This document shows, piece by piece, positions 1 to 9,027 of a DNA stretch of 37,664 bases. Where the stretch lies: the NCBI GenBank assembly GCA_016649775.1, contig JAENWY010000001.1:1-37664 (forward strand), given 5' to 3'. Source of the DNA: Spirochaetaceae bacterium (GTDB lineage Bacteria > Spirochaetota > Spirochaetia > Sphaerochaetales > Sphaerochaetaceae). The position numbers and the translations under genes are program-made. The notes below the pieces were generated by a model. The model searched no databases. It saw nothing but the letters and a program-made list of their open reading frames with translations, and was not told where the DNA came from. Position 1 is the first letter of the stretch. Each line of letters begins with the position of its first letter.

Positions 1-308
1 AAGAACCGGAAAAAGAATAGAAAAAATTTCAATTTGAAGATACATTTTCTGCCTACAAATTATTTGATGTTTTCCATTTTGTTAATGGGAAAATAGTCAA
101 TTGTAGACAGGATAATATCCCCGAAAAAAAGGTTAAAATAGTTAAATATTAGGAATCTTGGTATTAGAACTGACCGGTATTAGGGAAGTTAACGTATAAA
201 AGTAAAAGGGTTGTTGTAAAAAAAATAGATTAGATAATGAAATATTTTCATTATTATAATCCTAAAAAAGAATTTCATTATAAAAAATAAAGTCCTTATA
301 ATACTAGA

Positions 309-335
309 ATAACTACAGTATGAAACTGTAGTTAT
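309..335 (-). terminator. stem-loop downstream of the tRNA cluster (candidate terminator)
   Basis: Perfect 11-bp inverted repeat ATAACTACAGT/ACTGTAGTTAT (309-319/325-335) with a 5-nt loop, ~40 nt beyond the 3' end of tRNA-Gly. The trailing T-tract on the minus strand is weak. Confidence 0.35.
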
Positions 336-373
336 ATTAGGTGTGTATGTCTAGTTCATATCACTTACTTTCT

Positions 374-445
374 AGCGAAAGACGGGATTTGAACCCGCGA
401 CATCCACCTTGGCAAGGTGGAGCTCTACCACTGAGCTACTTTCGC
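374..445 (-). tRNA. tRNA-Gly (anticodon GCC)
   Basis: Reverse complement reads GCGAAAG-TA-GCTC-AGTGGTA-GAGC-T-CCACC-TTGCCAA-GGTGG-ATGTC-GCGGG-TTCAAAT-CCCGT-CTTTCGC-T. This is a full cloverleaf with GCC in the anticodon loop. No CCA is encoded. Confidence 0.95.
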
Positions 446-523
446 AAAATTTATATTAAATATATTTTATAGTTACTATTTCCGAAGGTTCAAAAATGAG
501 CTCCACATAAAATAAATAATGTA

Positions 524-596
524 TGAGCTGCAAAGGAATCGAACCTTTGACCCACAGATTAAGAGTCTGTTGCTCTACCAGCTGAGCTAGCAGCCC
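524..596 (-). tRNA. tRNA-Lys (anticodon CTT)
   Basis: Reverse complement reads GGGCTGC-TA-GCTC-AGCTGGTA-GAGC-A-ACAGA-CTCTTAA-TCTGT-GGGTC-AAAGG-TTCGATT-CCTTT-GCAGCTC-A. Cloverleaf with anticodon CTT. Confidence 0.95.
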
Positions 597-605
597 ATAA
601 AAAAG

Positions 606-679
606 GGTGGATGACGGGACTCGAACCCGCGACAATCAGTACCACAAACTGACGCTCTACCAACTGAACTACATCCACC
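606..679 (-). tRNA. tRNA-His (anticodon GTG, with encoded G-1)
   Basis: Reverse complement reads G-GTGGATG-TA-GTTC-AGTTGGTA-GAGC-G-TCAGT-TTGTGGT-ACTGA-TTGTC-GCGGG-TTCGAGT-CCCGT-CATCCAC-C. The extra 5' G pairing with C73 is the His identity element. Confidence 0.95.
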
Positions 680-688
680 ATAAATTGT

Positions 689-717
689 ATTCTGAGTTTC
701 TTTAAACCTCTTGTCAA
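689..717 (-). promoter_or_regulatory. candidate sigma70-type promoter inside the tRNA cluster, upstream of tRNA-His
   Basis: On the minus strand, TTGACA (717-712), a 17-nt spacer, then CAGAAT (694-689), ending ~10 nt before the tRNA-His 5' end. An imperfect hairpin plus T6 follows tRNA-Leu (about 803-828), suggesting tRNA-Leu may be a separate transcription unit. Confidence 0.35.
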
Positions 718-828
718 CGAGACATAAAATGCCACAAACAACAGATTTTGTCAACAACAAATTCAAAAATAAATTATTTTTAAAATTGTTCTTGATTCTT
801 ATAAAAAACACACATTAAGTGAGTTTTT

Positions 829-912
829 TACCGGTGATCGGACTTGAACCGATACAGGATTGCTCCTAATAGATTTTGAGTCTATCGTGTCTACCAATTT
901 CACCACACCGGC
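829..912 (-). tRNA. tRNA-Leu (anticodon CAA), class II with long variable arm
   Basis: Reverse complement reads GCCGGTG-TG-GTGA-AATTGGTAGA-CACG-ATAGA-CTCAAAA-TCTAT-TAGGAGCAATCCTGT-ATCGG-TTCAAGT-CCGAT-CACCGGT-A. Anticodon CAA, 84 nt. Confidence 0.93.
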
Positions 913-987
913 GAATACCTCTGCTAAACTATCATAAGTAATTAAATTATTCAATAAGGTTATAGCATATTCTTTGAATAATTTACT

Positions 988-2088
988 TTACTTGTGATTC
1001 TTTTCCCATTCAGCATCATCATCAGTTAACTCTGTATTTGGAAAGTCATCTTTACCATCTGAATCAATATTAGTATTTATAACTACTTCTTCATCAGGTT
1101 CTTCACTATCAATGCTCTCAATCTTACTTTCGTTATCAAAGATTGGTTCTTCTTCAAATGTTTTAGTAATTAATGTTTTTGCTTCGTCTTTATTAATATC
1201 TTTAGGTTTTAAACCCTTAGCTATTTCAACTACAGATGTATTAAGAATAGCTACATATAAGTCAGGTTTTTTTTCAGAAAGTCCACTAATCATTTCTTCA
1301 ATAATTTCTTTTTTAAAAAAAGCAACTTTGTTAAATTTCATAGTTATTGCAGTCTTTAGTAATTCAATAGCTTCAGAAACTTTATTATAATGTAATTTTA
1401 CTTGAGCTGCATGAACATAAGGATCGGGAAACGTTGGCTTTCTATCAATCATATCTATATATAATTTAGAAGCGTTTTTCCAATCATCTTCAAGAATATA
1501 CAACCAACCTCTGTTATCTAGAGCTCCAGCATTTATATCTTCAAATTCAATACCTTCATCAAGAACATTTGCAGCTTCTTTTTTGTTATCTACATATAAT
1601 AAATAACAAGCAAGATTTATGTACAAACTCTTATCATTATAACCACTTTCTCTAACTTCTTGTAATAATACTATACCTTCATTAATTTTGCCAGTAAGTT
1701 CAAGAACCATGCTCTTTTGTACTTTAGCTTGGTTCAATAATGTTAATTCTGTATTATCTCTTTCAAGTACAGTATTTAAAATTTTAAGGGCAAAGTTTGG
1801 ATCACCTTTTTGTGCAACCACATTTCCCATAGTAATAAGATACTTTGTTTCTAATTTTCCTGTATTGAAAGCCTTTTCGTAATAGACCCAGGCTTTCTCT
1901 GATTTATCTTTTTTACTCATAATATTTTTGTTAGCTTGAACAAAATATAATAATGGTCTGTTGTTATAAAAATCAAATGCTACTATTACTAATATTATTA
2001 ATACTTTAAATACTATTGAAATAGGTAAAAATGATGTTCCTATCATTAGTGCTAAACTAATAAAACCGCCAATCCTTGTTTTAGACAT
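988..2088 (-). CDS. membrane-anchored TPR-repeat protein with acidic C-terminal tail
   Basis: 366-aa ORF with AGGAG upstream of the ATG. It has two N-terminal hydrophobic segments, then repeated A/Y/L-patterned ~34-aa units typical of TPR (e.g. AWVYYEKAFNTG, LYINLACYLLYVDNKKEA). The C-terminus is rich in D/E. Confidence 0.6.
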   Translation of the reverse strand: MSKTRIGGFISLALMIGTSFLPISIVFKVLIILVIVAFDFYNNRPLLYFVQANKNIMSKKDKSEKAWVYYEKAFNTGKLETKYLITMGNVVAQKGDPNFALKILNTVLERDNTELTLLNQAKVQKSMVLELTGKINEGIVLLQEVRESGYNDKSLYINLACYLLYVDNKKEAANVLDEGIEFEDINAGALDNRGWLYILEDDWKNASKLYIDMIDRKPTFPDPYVHAAQVKLHYNKVSEAIELLKTAITMKFNKVAFFKKEIIEEMISGLSEKKPDLYVAILNTSVVEIAKGLKPKDINKDEAKTLITKTFEEEPIFDNESKIESIDSEEPDEEVVINTNIDSDGKDDFPNTELTDDDAEWEKNHK

Positions 2089-2229
2089 AAAAACTCCTAA
2101 TTAAACATAAACAAAGTATATCAAAATTATACGATGTGGCAACCAATAAATATATTATCTTGTAAATTTTTTGTTAATTTTATTTTCATTAGTTTGATAT
2201 TTCCATAATAAAACTGTAATATTATAATT

Positions 2230-2829
2230 GTGAAAAGAAAAGATATAAAACAATTTGAATATATAGAAGATAAAAGACTTTTGCTCCATGTTTGCTGTGG
2301 TCCCTGTAGTACTACAAGCATCAAACGTTTAATAGAAGAAGGCTTTGAAATTACTCTTTGGTTCAGTGATGATAATATTTATCCTGAAAAAGAAAATCTT
2401 CTACGATATGAAAATCTATTAATTGTAGCAAAAGAATATAATTTAAAAACCCTCTACAAACCTTACAATCATCAAGCTTGGCTTGATACTATAAAAGGTT
2501 ATGAAAGTGAAAAAGAGGGTGGAAAAAGATGTGATTTTTGTTTTAATTATAATTTGTATACAACAGAGCTAAAAGCAAAGGAATTGGGAATACCTCACTT
2601 TGCAACAACTCTGACAGTTAGTAGATATAAAAATAGTAAGAGTATATTCAGTATTGCAGCATCTATGGAAGGTTTTTTAGAGTTTGACTTTAAAAAGCGT
2701 GGCGGATATGAAGAAAGTATTCGCCTTAGTAAAGACTTAAATCTTTATAGACAACACTATTGTGGATGTGAATTTTCTTTAGCTGAGTCAAAAGCCTATA
2801 TCAAACAAAATAACCAGGGAAAAACATAA
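2230..2829 (+). CDS. queH: epoxyqueuosine reductase QueH (DUF208 family)
   Basis: Carries the LLLHVCCGPCS motif near the N-terminus and YRQHYCGCEFS near the C-terminus, both characteristic of QueH, at ~200 aa. The start is uncertain: a GTG with no SD, sitting immediately after a TATAAT-like hexamer. Confidence 0.8.
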   Translation: MKRKDIKQFEYIEDKRLLLHVCCGPCSTTSIKRLIEEGFEITLWFSDDNIYPEKENLLRYENLLIVAKEYNLKTLYKPYNHQAWLDTIKGYESEKEGGKRCDFCFNYNLYTTELKAKELGIPHFATTLTVSRYKNSKSIFSIAASMEGFLEFDFKKRGGYEESIRLSKDLNLYRQHYCGCEFSLAESKAYIKQNNQGKT

Positions 2830-2938
2830 ACTTTTGTTAATATAAATTTTTTTGATACTGTTAAAATGGATACTTTTCTGTTATTATATAAAAACTTAAC
2901 AAATAATATTAATTTATTAATCACAACAATAAATAGTT

Positions 2939-2947
2939 TGATATAAT
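2939..2947 (+). promoter_or_regulatory. candidate extended -10 promoter element (TGATATAAT)
   Basis: TGnTATAAT match 39 nt upstream of the ATG at 2986. No good -35 is seen, and chance matches are common in AT-rich DNA. Confidence 0.3.
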
Positions 2948-2985
2948 AAATAAAAATAAGAGTAGAGAATAAAGGAGACTATTTA

Positions 2986-3519
2986 ATGAATAAAGAAACT
3001 TTTTTGGAGATATTACCAGAATATCAAAAAGAAGCACCTGTGAATTTAGTTCAATTAGCAAAACGTTTAGAATTAGGTATTTATAGTTCTTCAATGTTAA
3101 ACCCCGCAATATCAGGAAAATTAATCAGAATAAAAACTGATGATGCAAAGAAATTTGATAAGGGTTCTGGTTGGTATCTACTAATGAATAGAGACCGTCC
3201 TATGGGTGCAATAAAAGAAAGTCTTGCATATCTCATAGCAAAATTTGTTATTATGAATTTAGATGATGTTAACTTGTTATCAGATAGTATTAGATTTAGA
3301 ACAAAATCAACCTTGAAAGATCTTCAAGAAAGAGAAATTAATCAATTAGCTTTAGAAATATTATTACCTGACAATCTTTTAGCTAATGCAATTGATACTG
3401 GTAAATATATTCATGAATTACCTGCAATTTTTAAAGTAGATCCTAGTACACTTACTGCAAAACTTGGCTATTCAGTTTATCCAATTGATTTTTGGGTAAA
3501 TGCTAGATCAACTAGGTAA
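2986..3519 (+). CDS. ImmA/IrrE (COG2856)-like protein lacking the HExxH zinc motif
   Basis: AAAGGAG SD. The domain layout resembles ImmA/IrrE: N-terminal PVNLVQLAKRLELGIY, ISGKL, and C-terminal EREINQLALEILLPDNLL (compare E-x-EAN-x-FA-x-x-LLMP). The position where HExxH is expected reads LAYLIAKF. Confidence 0.45.
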   Translation: MNKETFLEILPEYQKEAPVNLVQLAKRLELGIYSSSMLNPAISGKLIRIKTDDAKKFDKGSGWYLLMNRDRPMGAIKESLAYLIAKFVIMNLDDVNLLSDSIRFRTKSTLKDLQEREINQLALEILLPDNLLANAIDTGKYIHELPAIFKVDPSTLTAKLGYSVYPIDFWVNARSTR

Positions 3520-3548
3520 CTAAAAAGAGAAAATATTAAAAACAAAAG

Positions 3549-3578
3549 ATGCAAATGAAACTTCATTTGCATTTGTTT
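3549..3578 (+). terminator. rho-independent terminator after the ImmA-like gene
   Basis: 11-bp inverted repeat ATGCAAATGAA/TTCATTTGCAT (3549-3559/3562-3572) followed by TTGTTT. Confidence 0.6.
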
Positions 3579-3593
3579 GCTAATGGGGAAATT

Positions 3594-5132
3594 ATGGTTA
3601 AAAAACTTCTGAAATTTCTTATGAGTAGATTATTTCTATCCGTTGTACTTATTGCCCTTCAACTAGTTCTTTTATTTTATATTTATAATTTAGTTTTAAG
3701 AGATCACCCTTTTTACTCACAACTATCGATTTGGATTTCTATTGTTTTATGTTTATGGGTTATCTATCATAAACAAGAACCTGATTATATCATTGGTTGG
3801 ATTATGGTAATCATGATATTTCCTCTATATGGGGTGGTTTTCTATATCTTATTTGGAAAGAAACCTTTAACTATTATCGGACGTAAAAGAACTAAGGATT
3901 TTATTAAAAATTATACTGATGGTCTTACAAATGTTCCAGCTTATCCTTTATCATCCGTTAAAGCTTTAAAAAATTATGATTGTGATTTATTTCGTCAAAG
4001 TAGATATATATCGGCAGTATCTTATAACCATGTTTGGGCGAATACAGAAGTTGAATATTATTCTGAAGGAACTAAATTTCTTAAGGGTTTTTTAGAAGAA
4101 TTAAATAAAGCTAAATCTTTTATCTTTATTGAATTCTTTCTAATTGGTGAAGGAGAAATGTGGACTCAAATTCTTAATGTTTTAGAAAAAAAGAAAAATG
4201 AAGGAGTTAAAATTAAAATCCTTTATGATGACTTTGGTTGCTTTGGTCGCATACCTGGGAATTATGATAAAATTCTTAAAGCAAAAGGTTTTGAGGCAAA
4301 GGCTTTCAACGCTATCAAACCCCATTTAAATGTTAGAATGAACTATAGAGATCATAGAAAAATATGTGTTATTGATGGAAATATTGGTTTTACAGGTGGT
4401 TTGAATTTAGCTGATGAATATATTAATAGAATCATTAGGTTTGGTCACTGGAAAGATTCTGCTATACTACTAAAGGGTGATGCAGTTTGGAATCTTACTG
4501 TTATGTTCTTATCTATTTGGAACTTAGAAACAGGAACTATTGAAAATCTAAGTTTATATAAACCTACAGAAAAATATTTGACTGATGGTTTTGTTCAACC
4601 TTTTGGTGACAATCCTTTAAATGAAGTTGCAGCAGCAGAAAATGTTTATATGCAAATTATCAATAAAGCAAAAGAATATGTTTGGATTAGTACTCCTTAT
4701 TTGGTTATAAATAGAGCTATGATAAAAGCTTTATGTACAGCAGCTCAAAGTGGTATTGACGTAAGAATTATAACACCTGGTGTTCCCGATAAACCTCAAG
4801 TCTATGAAGTAACTAAATCTTTTTATTATATATTAATAGAAAATGGTGTAAAAATTTATGAGTATACACCAGGATTTATTCATAGTAAGATGTTTGTATC
4901 AGATGATAAAGTTGGAGTAATTGGAACAATTAATATGGATTATAGATCCTTCTATCTACATTTTGAATGCGGTGTAGCTTTATTTGGTTCTTCCGCTATT
5001 GAATCTATGAAGAAAGATATGGAAGAAACATTTGAACTATCAAAAAAAATTAGTTATGAAGAAGCAAAAAATGTTCCTTTATGGAAACAATTGTATCGAA
5101 TGATTTTAGCCATTTTAGCACCTTTAATGTAA
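3594..5132 (+). CDS. cls: cardiolipin synthase (PLD superfamily, two HKD motifs)
   Basis: Two N-terminal TM helices and two HKD motifs: HRKICVIDGNIGFTGGLNLADEY and HSKMFVSDDKVGVIGTINMDYRS. I place the start at ATG 3594 (GGGGAA SD) because the track's ATG at 3549 lies inside the upstream terminator hairpin. Confidence 0.9.
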   Translation: MVKKLLKFLMSRLFLSVVLIALQLVLLFYIYNLVLRDHPFYSQLSIWISIVLCLWVIYHKQEPDYIIGWIMVIMIFPLYGVVFYILFGKKPLTIIGRKRTKDFIKNYTDGLTNVPAYPLSSVKALKNYDCDLFRQSRYISAVSYNHVWANTEVEYYSEGTKFLKGFLEELNKAKSFIFIEFFLIGEGEMWTQILNVLEKKKNEGVKIKILYDDFGCFGRIPGNYDKILKAKGFEAKAFNAIKPHLNVRMNYRDHRKICVIDGNIGFTGGLNLADEYINRIIRFGHWKDSAILLKGDAVWNLTVMFLSIWNLETGTIENLSLYKPTEKYLTDGFVQPFGDNPLNEVAAAENVYMQIINKAKEYVWISTPYLVINRAMIKALCTAAQSGIDVRIITPGVPDKPQVYEVTKSFYYILIENGVKIYEYTPGFIHSKMFVSDDKVGVIGTINMDYRSFYLHFECGVALFGSSAIESMKKDMEETFELSKKISYEEAKNVPLWKQLYRMILAILAPLM

Positions 5133-5206
5133 AGAATTAGTCTAATTTATAGTTTTTGTATATATTTATAGAAACACTTTATAAAATAACAAACTAGGAG
5201 AAAAAT

Positions 5207-5491
5207 ATGGAAAGTTTAGATGATTTAATTGAAGTTTTTACAAACACAATAAATAAAGATTTAATGAGAAAGCTTTTTGATGAAATATATACTTCAAAAG
5301 AACAAAATGATTTTGCATTAAGATGGAGCCTGATGAATGATTTATATCAAGGTATACCTCAACGTGAAATAGCAGCTAGTCATAAAATAAGTCTTTGTAA
5401 GATAACAAGAGGCTCTAAAATTTTAAAACAAGAAGACTCTTATTGTAAAAAAATATTATCCGATAAGTATGATGACAATTTACATTTATAG
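5207..5491 (+). CDS. TrpR/YerC-YecD family DNA-binding protein
   Basis: 94 aa with an AGGAG SD. QREIAASHKISLCKITRGSKILK matches the Trp-repressor HTH signature (compare E. coli TrpR IATITRGSNSLK). Confidence 0.7.
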   Translation: MESLDDLIEVFTNTINKDLMRKLFDEIYTSKEQNDFALRWSLMNDLYQGIPQREIAASHKISLCKITRGSKILKQEDSYCKKILSDKYDDNLHL

Positions 5492-5587
5492 GAAAAATTT
5501 AGTAATTATAATAATAAGTAAAAATAAAGTATTATAATTTTTGACCAAATAATAATTAAAATGATGTTAAAAAAGGAGTGAGGAAAC

Positions 5588-6802
5588 ATGAAATGTTCTT
5601 TTATTTACGTTGATGCGGGTAAAGGGCACTACACTCCCGCAAAAGCTCTTTGTGATAGTTTTATTAGTAAAGGTAATGTAGGAACCCTTGATAATATGAT
5701 TCTTATATTAGGAAGTCCTGTTTATAATAAAATGATCAAAATCTGGTGGAGATTTTTTCTGCATTATCCTAAACTTGAAAGGTTTTCGAGTGAATTTCAA
5801 GATAATGACTTTAGTTATTGGTTAATCAAAGAAATAGTTAAAAATGATTTAAAGGCTACAAGAAGTTTTGAAAAATGGTATTTGAAGGAAAAGCCGGATT
5901 TAATTGTTTGTACTAATTATTTAGCTGCACCAATTTTAACAACAATTATAAAAAAAACTAAAATTAATATACCTTTATTTGTTTATTCTGCAGATGTTTT
6001 TGATTGTCCAAATATCGGAGTAAGCAACGATATCGATATTCACTATCTCCCATCTCAGTTAGGAATTGATAATTGTATTCGTCGCGGTTTTTACCCTGAA
6101 ATATTGCATAGATCTCCTTTCCCTATAAAAGCAGGAATTTCTCAATATATTGATTTAACAAAGGAAGAAGCCAGAATTCAGCTAGGTTTAAATTTAGAAA
6201 AACCTACTATTATATTAAATTTTGGTGGAGAAGGCATTGGTAATTTAGAATTTCCTAAGGCTCTTGTAAAGCGGCATCTTGATTGGCAGGTAGTTGTTCT
6301 TGGAAAATTAAGTAGAAAAACTAGAAGAAAGTTTAAAACATTTAGCAATGAGAATCCTTTTTTTGATTTATTTACGCCAGGTTTTGTTGATAACGTGGGT
6401 GCATATATCAAGGCCTGTGATGTTCAACTAGGGAAAACAGGTGCTAACTCATTATTAGAATCTATATATCTAAAAAGGCCGTTCTTGATGTCTCAATTGC
6501 TTTATACCTCTAAAGCCTTTATAGATTTTATGAAGGATTATAAAATTGGATGGGCGGAGAATAAGGTTTCTAAACAGATTGAAATTTTGCAGCATTATTT
6601 CGATAGTGAAGAAGAACAAAAAGAAATTGAAAAAGTATTGAATAATATTCCATTGAGTTTTAGTAGTGATAAATTTGTAGATTTAATTATTGAAGATTAT
6701 AAAGATTATGACACACCAGAAAAACTTAAAAATAAAAGAGTCCATCTAGCTATTGAACATAAGAATCTTTGGGCTAAGTTAAAAAACAAAATGAGGAATT
6801 AA
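5588..6802 (+). CDS. MGDG-synthase/UgtP-like diacylglycerol glycosyltransferase (GT28)
   Basis: N-terminal VDAGKGHYTPAKAL (G-x-GH...A-x-AL motif of the MGDG_synth domain). C-terminal GT28-like GFVDNVGAYIKACDVQLGKTGANSLLESIYLKRP. GGAG SD. Confidence 0.65.
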   Translation: MKCSFIYVDAGKGHYTPAKALCDSFISKGNVGTLDNMILILGSPVYNKMIKIWWRFFLHYPKLERFSSEFQDNDFSYWLIKEIVKNDLKATRSFEKWYLKEKPDLIVCTNYLAAPILTTIIKKTKINIPLFVYSADVFDCPNIGVSNDIDIHYLPSQLGIDNCIRRGFYPEILHRSPFPIKAGISQYIDLTKEEARIQLGLNLEKPTIILNFGGEGIGNLEFPKALVKRHLDWQVVVLGKLSRKTRRKFKTFSNENPFFDLFTPGFVDNVGAYIKACDVQLGKTGANSLLESIYLKRPFLMSQLLYTSKAFIDFMKDYKIGWAENKVSKQIEILQHYFDSEEEQKEIEKVLNNIPLSFSSDKFVDLIIEDYKDYDTPEKLKNKRVHLAIEHKNLWAKLKNKMRN

Positions 6803-6866
6803 AAATCGGAGTATTTATAAATTCCTATTAATTTAAAATAATAAAAACATAACAAGGTAGTTTCTT

Positions 6867-6900
6867 AGGTATATTAAAATCAAAGAAATACCTTTTTTTA
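6867..6900 (+). terminator. candidate terminator of the glycosyltransferase gene
   Basis: AGGTAT/ATACCT 6-bp stem (6867-6872/6888-6893) followed by T7. The loop is long (15 nt), so confidence is moderate. Confidence 0.45.
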
Positions 6901-6929
6901 TTGTTAAAAATTAGTTAAAAATTCAGGAT

Positions 6930-6977
6930 AAAAAAAGGGGTCGCTACAAAAGTTTATTTAACTCATGTAACAACCCT
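6930..6977 (-). terminator. rho-independent terminator of the DEAD-box helicase gene
   Basis: Minus strand reads GGGTTGTTAC...GTAGCGACCCC (imperfect stem with GC-rich base) followed directly by TTTTTTT, 20 nt past the stop codon. Confidence 0.6.
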
Positions 6978-6996
6978 GTTTAATAATAATTAAAAA

Positions 6997-9027
6997 TTAT
7001 CTTTTCTTTTTAGATTTACCATAATGTTTCTTTTTATCACCGTCATCTTTAGAATCTCTACCATAAGGTTGATCATCTTCATTGCGACGAGTGGGTCTAT
7101 CAAAACTACGTCTATCATCAAAAGATTTTGGAGTTCTAAATCTGTCCCCTCTATCAGAACTAGGTCGGTCTGAATCAGGTCTATCAGAACTAGAACGATC
7201 AGAACTAGGTCTATCAGAACTAGAACGATCAAAATGAGGTCTATCAGAACTAGAACGGTCAAAATGAGGTCTATCAGAACTTGATCTACGTCCTCTATCT
7301 CCGCCTCTGTCCCCTCTATCTCCACCACGCCCTCTATCACGATAATCTCTATCGCCATCTCGGTCGCTTCTTCCTCTACTAGATCTTCTTCTACCACCGT
7401 CTCCGCCACCAGCTTCAGTAACTTTAGCTCTAGATACTATTGGAGCACCTTCACTTGTTGCATTGATAGTAGCCATTATGTTTTCTGCTAATTCTTGTGG
7501 AGCTGTTACAAATGAGAATTCATCTCTAACTGTAACATCATCAATATCATTATCATTAGCACCAACACTTTTTTTCAAGTAGTCTACAAGTTCACGAGGG
7601 CCAAGACCATCTTTTCTACCTCTAGCGATGAATAATCTAACATTACCATCATCAGGGGTATAAGAATTTCTATCTCTTTTGCCATCTCTTTCATTTGTAC
7701 CAACACTTATAGATCTATATTTTCTTTCGTCTAATTGATCTTTGTAAATAGATACTAATACATTTGATAAAATACTTTGTGCTTCACCTTTTTCAAGTAG
7801 TTCCGCAGCCATTTTACTAAATGGATTATCTTCAACTGGATTTTCTAATAATTTAAGTAAATCTTTTTCAATTCTACTTTTCTTCATAGCAATAATATCA
7901 GCTGATGATGGAATTTTACCTTTTGCGATACTAGTTTTAGCAATTCTTTCAATGTAAGTAAGTCTTCTAGTTTCGGTTCTTGTAACAAAAGTAATAGCTG
8001 TTCCTTTTTTACCGGCACGACCTGTTCTACCAATTCTATGGATATAAGATTCTGGTTGTTGAGGAATTGAGAAGTTAATAACATGAGTTAAATCATTAAT
8101 ATCAATACCACGAGCTGCAACATCAGTTGCTACTACTATATTGATAATACGTTTTTTCATCTTATCAAGAATCTGTTCTCTTTGTTTCTGAGAAAGATCT
8201 CCGTGTAAAGGTTCTGCTTTGTAACCTTTTTCCTGTAATTTTCTACCAATATCGTCACATTGAATTTTAGTTTTACAGAATACAAGTGCGTAAAAATCTT
8301 CTTCCATATCAATGATTCTACATAAAGCGTCAAGTTTTTCGTTTTCTCTTAAAACATAGTAAAGTTGTTCTGTTAAATCACAGGTCATATCTTTACCCTT
8401 AATTCTAATGATTGTAGGGTCTTTCATGAACTTAGAAGTTAAGCGCATAATTTGATCTGGCATTGTTGCGGAAAAACATAACATACGTTTGTTAGCAGGA
8501 GTTTGTGATAATATACTTTCAATATCATCAATAAATCCCATATCAAGCATTTCATCTGCTTCATCTAAAACTGCAACTTTTAAATCCATAAGCTTAAGGG
8601 ATCCTCTTTTAAGGTGATCCATAACACGACCAGGAGTTCCTACGACAATTTGAACGCCTCTTCTTAACTTTCTAAGCTGTAAATCAATAGATGCACCGCC
8701 ATAAATGGCTGCAACTTCAACATTTCTAGTTCCCGCAAAGGACGCAATTTCTTCTGCTACTTGAATAGCCAACTCTCTTGTTGGTTCTAAAATAATTGCT
8801 TGTGTAGCAAAAGAGGAAGTATCTATAACTTCCATGATAGGTAGTCCGAAGGCTGCAGTTTTACCTGTACCTGTTTGAGCTTGTCCAATAACATCGGCAC
8901 TCTCTTGTAACAATAAAGGAATACATTGTTCCTGAATCTCGGATGGTGTTTCAAAGCCCTTTTTCGCTAGGGCTTTAAGGGTTATTTCAGATAACCCTAA
9001 TTTTTCAAAATTTTTTAAATCTGGCAT
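6997..9027 (-). CDS. DEAD-box ATP-dependent RNA helicase (CshA/DeaD-like) with DbpA-type RNA-binding domain and disordered R/G/S/D tail
   Basis: Q-motif GFETPSEIQ, motif I AQTGTGKT, motif II VLDEADEMLDMGF, SAT, and motif VI HRIGRTGRAGKKG. The C-terminal VRLFIARGRKDGLGPRELVDYL matches the DbpA/RRM-like domain. The last ~140 aa are RGG/RD/SSDRP repeats. Confidence 0.93.
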   Translation of the reverse strand: MPDLKNFEKLGLSEITLKALAKKGFETPSEIQEQCIPLLLQESADVIGQAQTGTGKTAAFGLPIMEVIDTSSFATQAIILEPTRELAIQVAEEIASFAGTRNVEVAAIYGGASIDLQLRKLRRGVQIVVGTPGRVMDHLKRGSLKLMDLKVAVLDEADEMLDMGFIDDIESILSQTPANKRMLCFSATMPDQIMRLTSKFMKDPTIIRIKGKDMTCDLTEQLYYVLRENEKLDALCRIIDMEEDFYALVFCKTKIQCDDIGRKLQEKGYKAEPLHGDLSQKQREQILDKMKKRIINIVVATDVAARGIDINDLTHVINFSIPQQPESYIHRIGRTGRAGKKGTAITFVTRTETRRLTYIERIAKTSIAKGKIPSSADIIAMKKSRIEKDLLKLLENPVEDNPFSKMAAELLEKGEAQSILSNVLVSIYKDQLDERKYRSISVGTNERDGKRDRNSYTPDDGNVRLFIARGRKDGLGPRELVDYLKKSVGANDNDIDDVTVRDEFSFVTAPQELAENIMATINATSEGAPIVSRAKVTEAGGGDGGRRRSSRGRSDRDGDRDYRDRGRGGDRGDRGGDRGRRSSSDRPHFDRSSSDRPHFDRSSSDRPSSDRSSSDRPDSDRPSSDRGDRFRTPKSFDDRRSFDRPTRRNEDDQPYGRDSKDDGDKKKHYGKSKKKR
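7177..7290 (-). repeat. in-frame 30-bp tandem repeat (about 4 copies) inside the helicase tail
   Basis: The unit AGGTCTATCAGAACTAGAACGATC recurs at 7177, 7207, 7237 and 7267 with 6-nt linkers (AGAACT or AAAATG). It encodes repeated SSSDRPHFDR / SSDRPSSDR decapeptides. Confidence 0.85.

Noticed and set aside
1-96. Possible gene ends or starts at the left edge (short open frames on both strands)
   Set aside because: Only 6-30 codons are visible, with no recognisable motif or SD, so they cannot be supported.
559-811. Two minus-strand ORFs from the track (559..741 and 587..811)
   Set aside because: They overlap tRNA-Lys and tRNA-His, which fold into complete cloverleaves. The translations are low-complexity read-through of tRNA and spacer DNA.
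1112-1882. Plus-strand ORFs 1112..1390 and 1688..1882
   Set aside because: They are antisense to the TPR gene, have Ser/Leu/Phe-rich composition typical of shadow frames in AT-rich DNA, and lack SD sites.
3549-3593. Upstream ATG (3549) as the cardiolipin synthase start
   Set aside because: The first 24 nt form the stem of the upstream gene's terminator hairpin. ATG 3594 has an SD, and the protein then begins at the expected basic/TM N-terminus.
6990-8084. ORFs 6990..7409 and 7884..8084 on the minus strand
   Set aside because: They are alternative frames inside the DEAD-box helicase gene. The first is a by-product of the tandem repeat (repetitive LIDLIL... translation).
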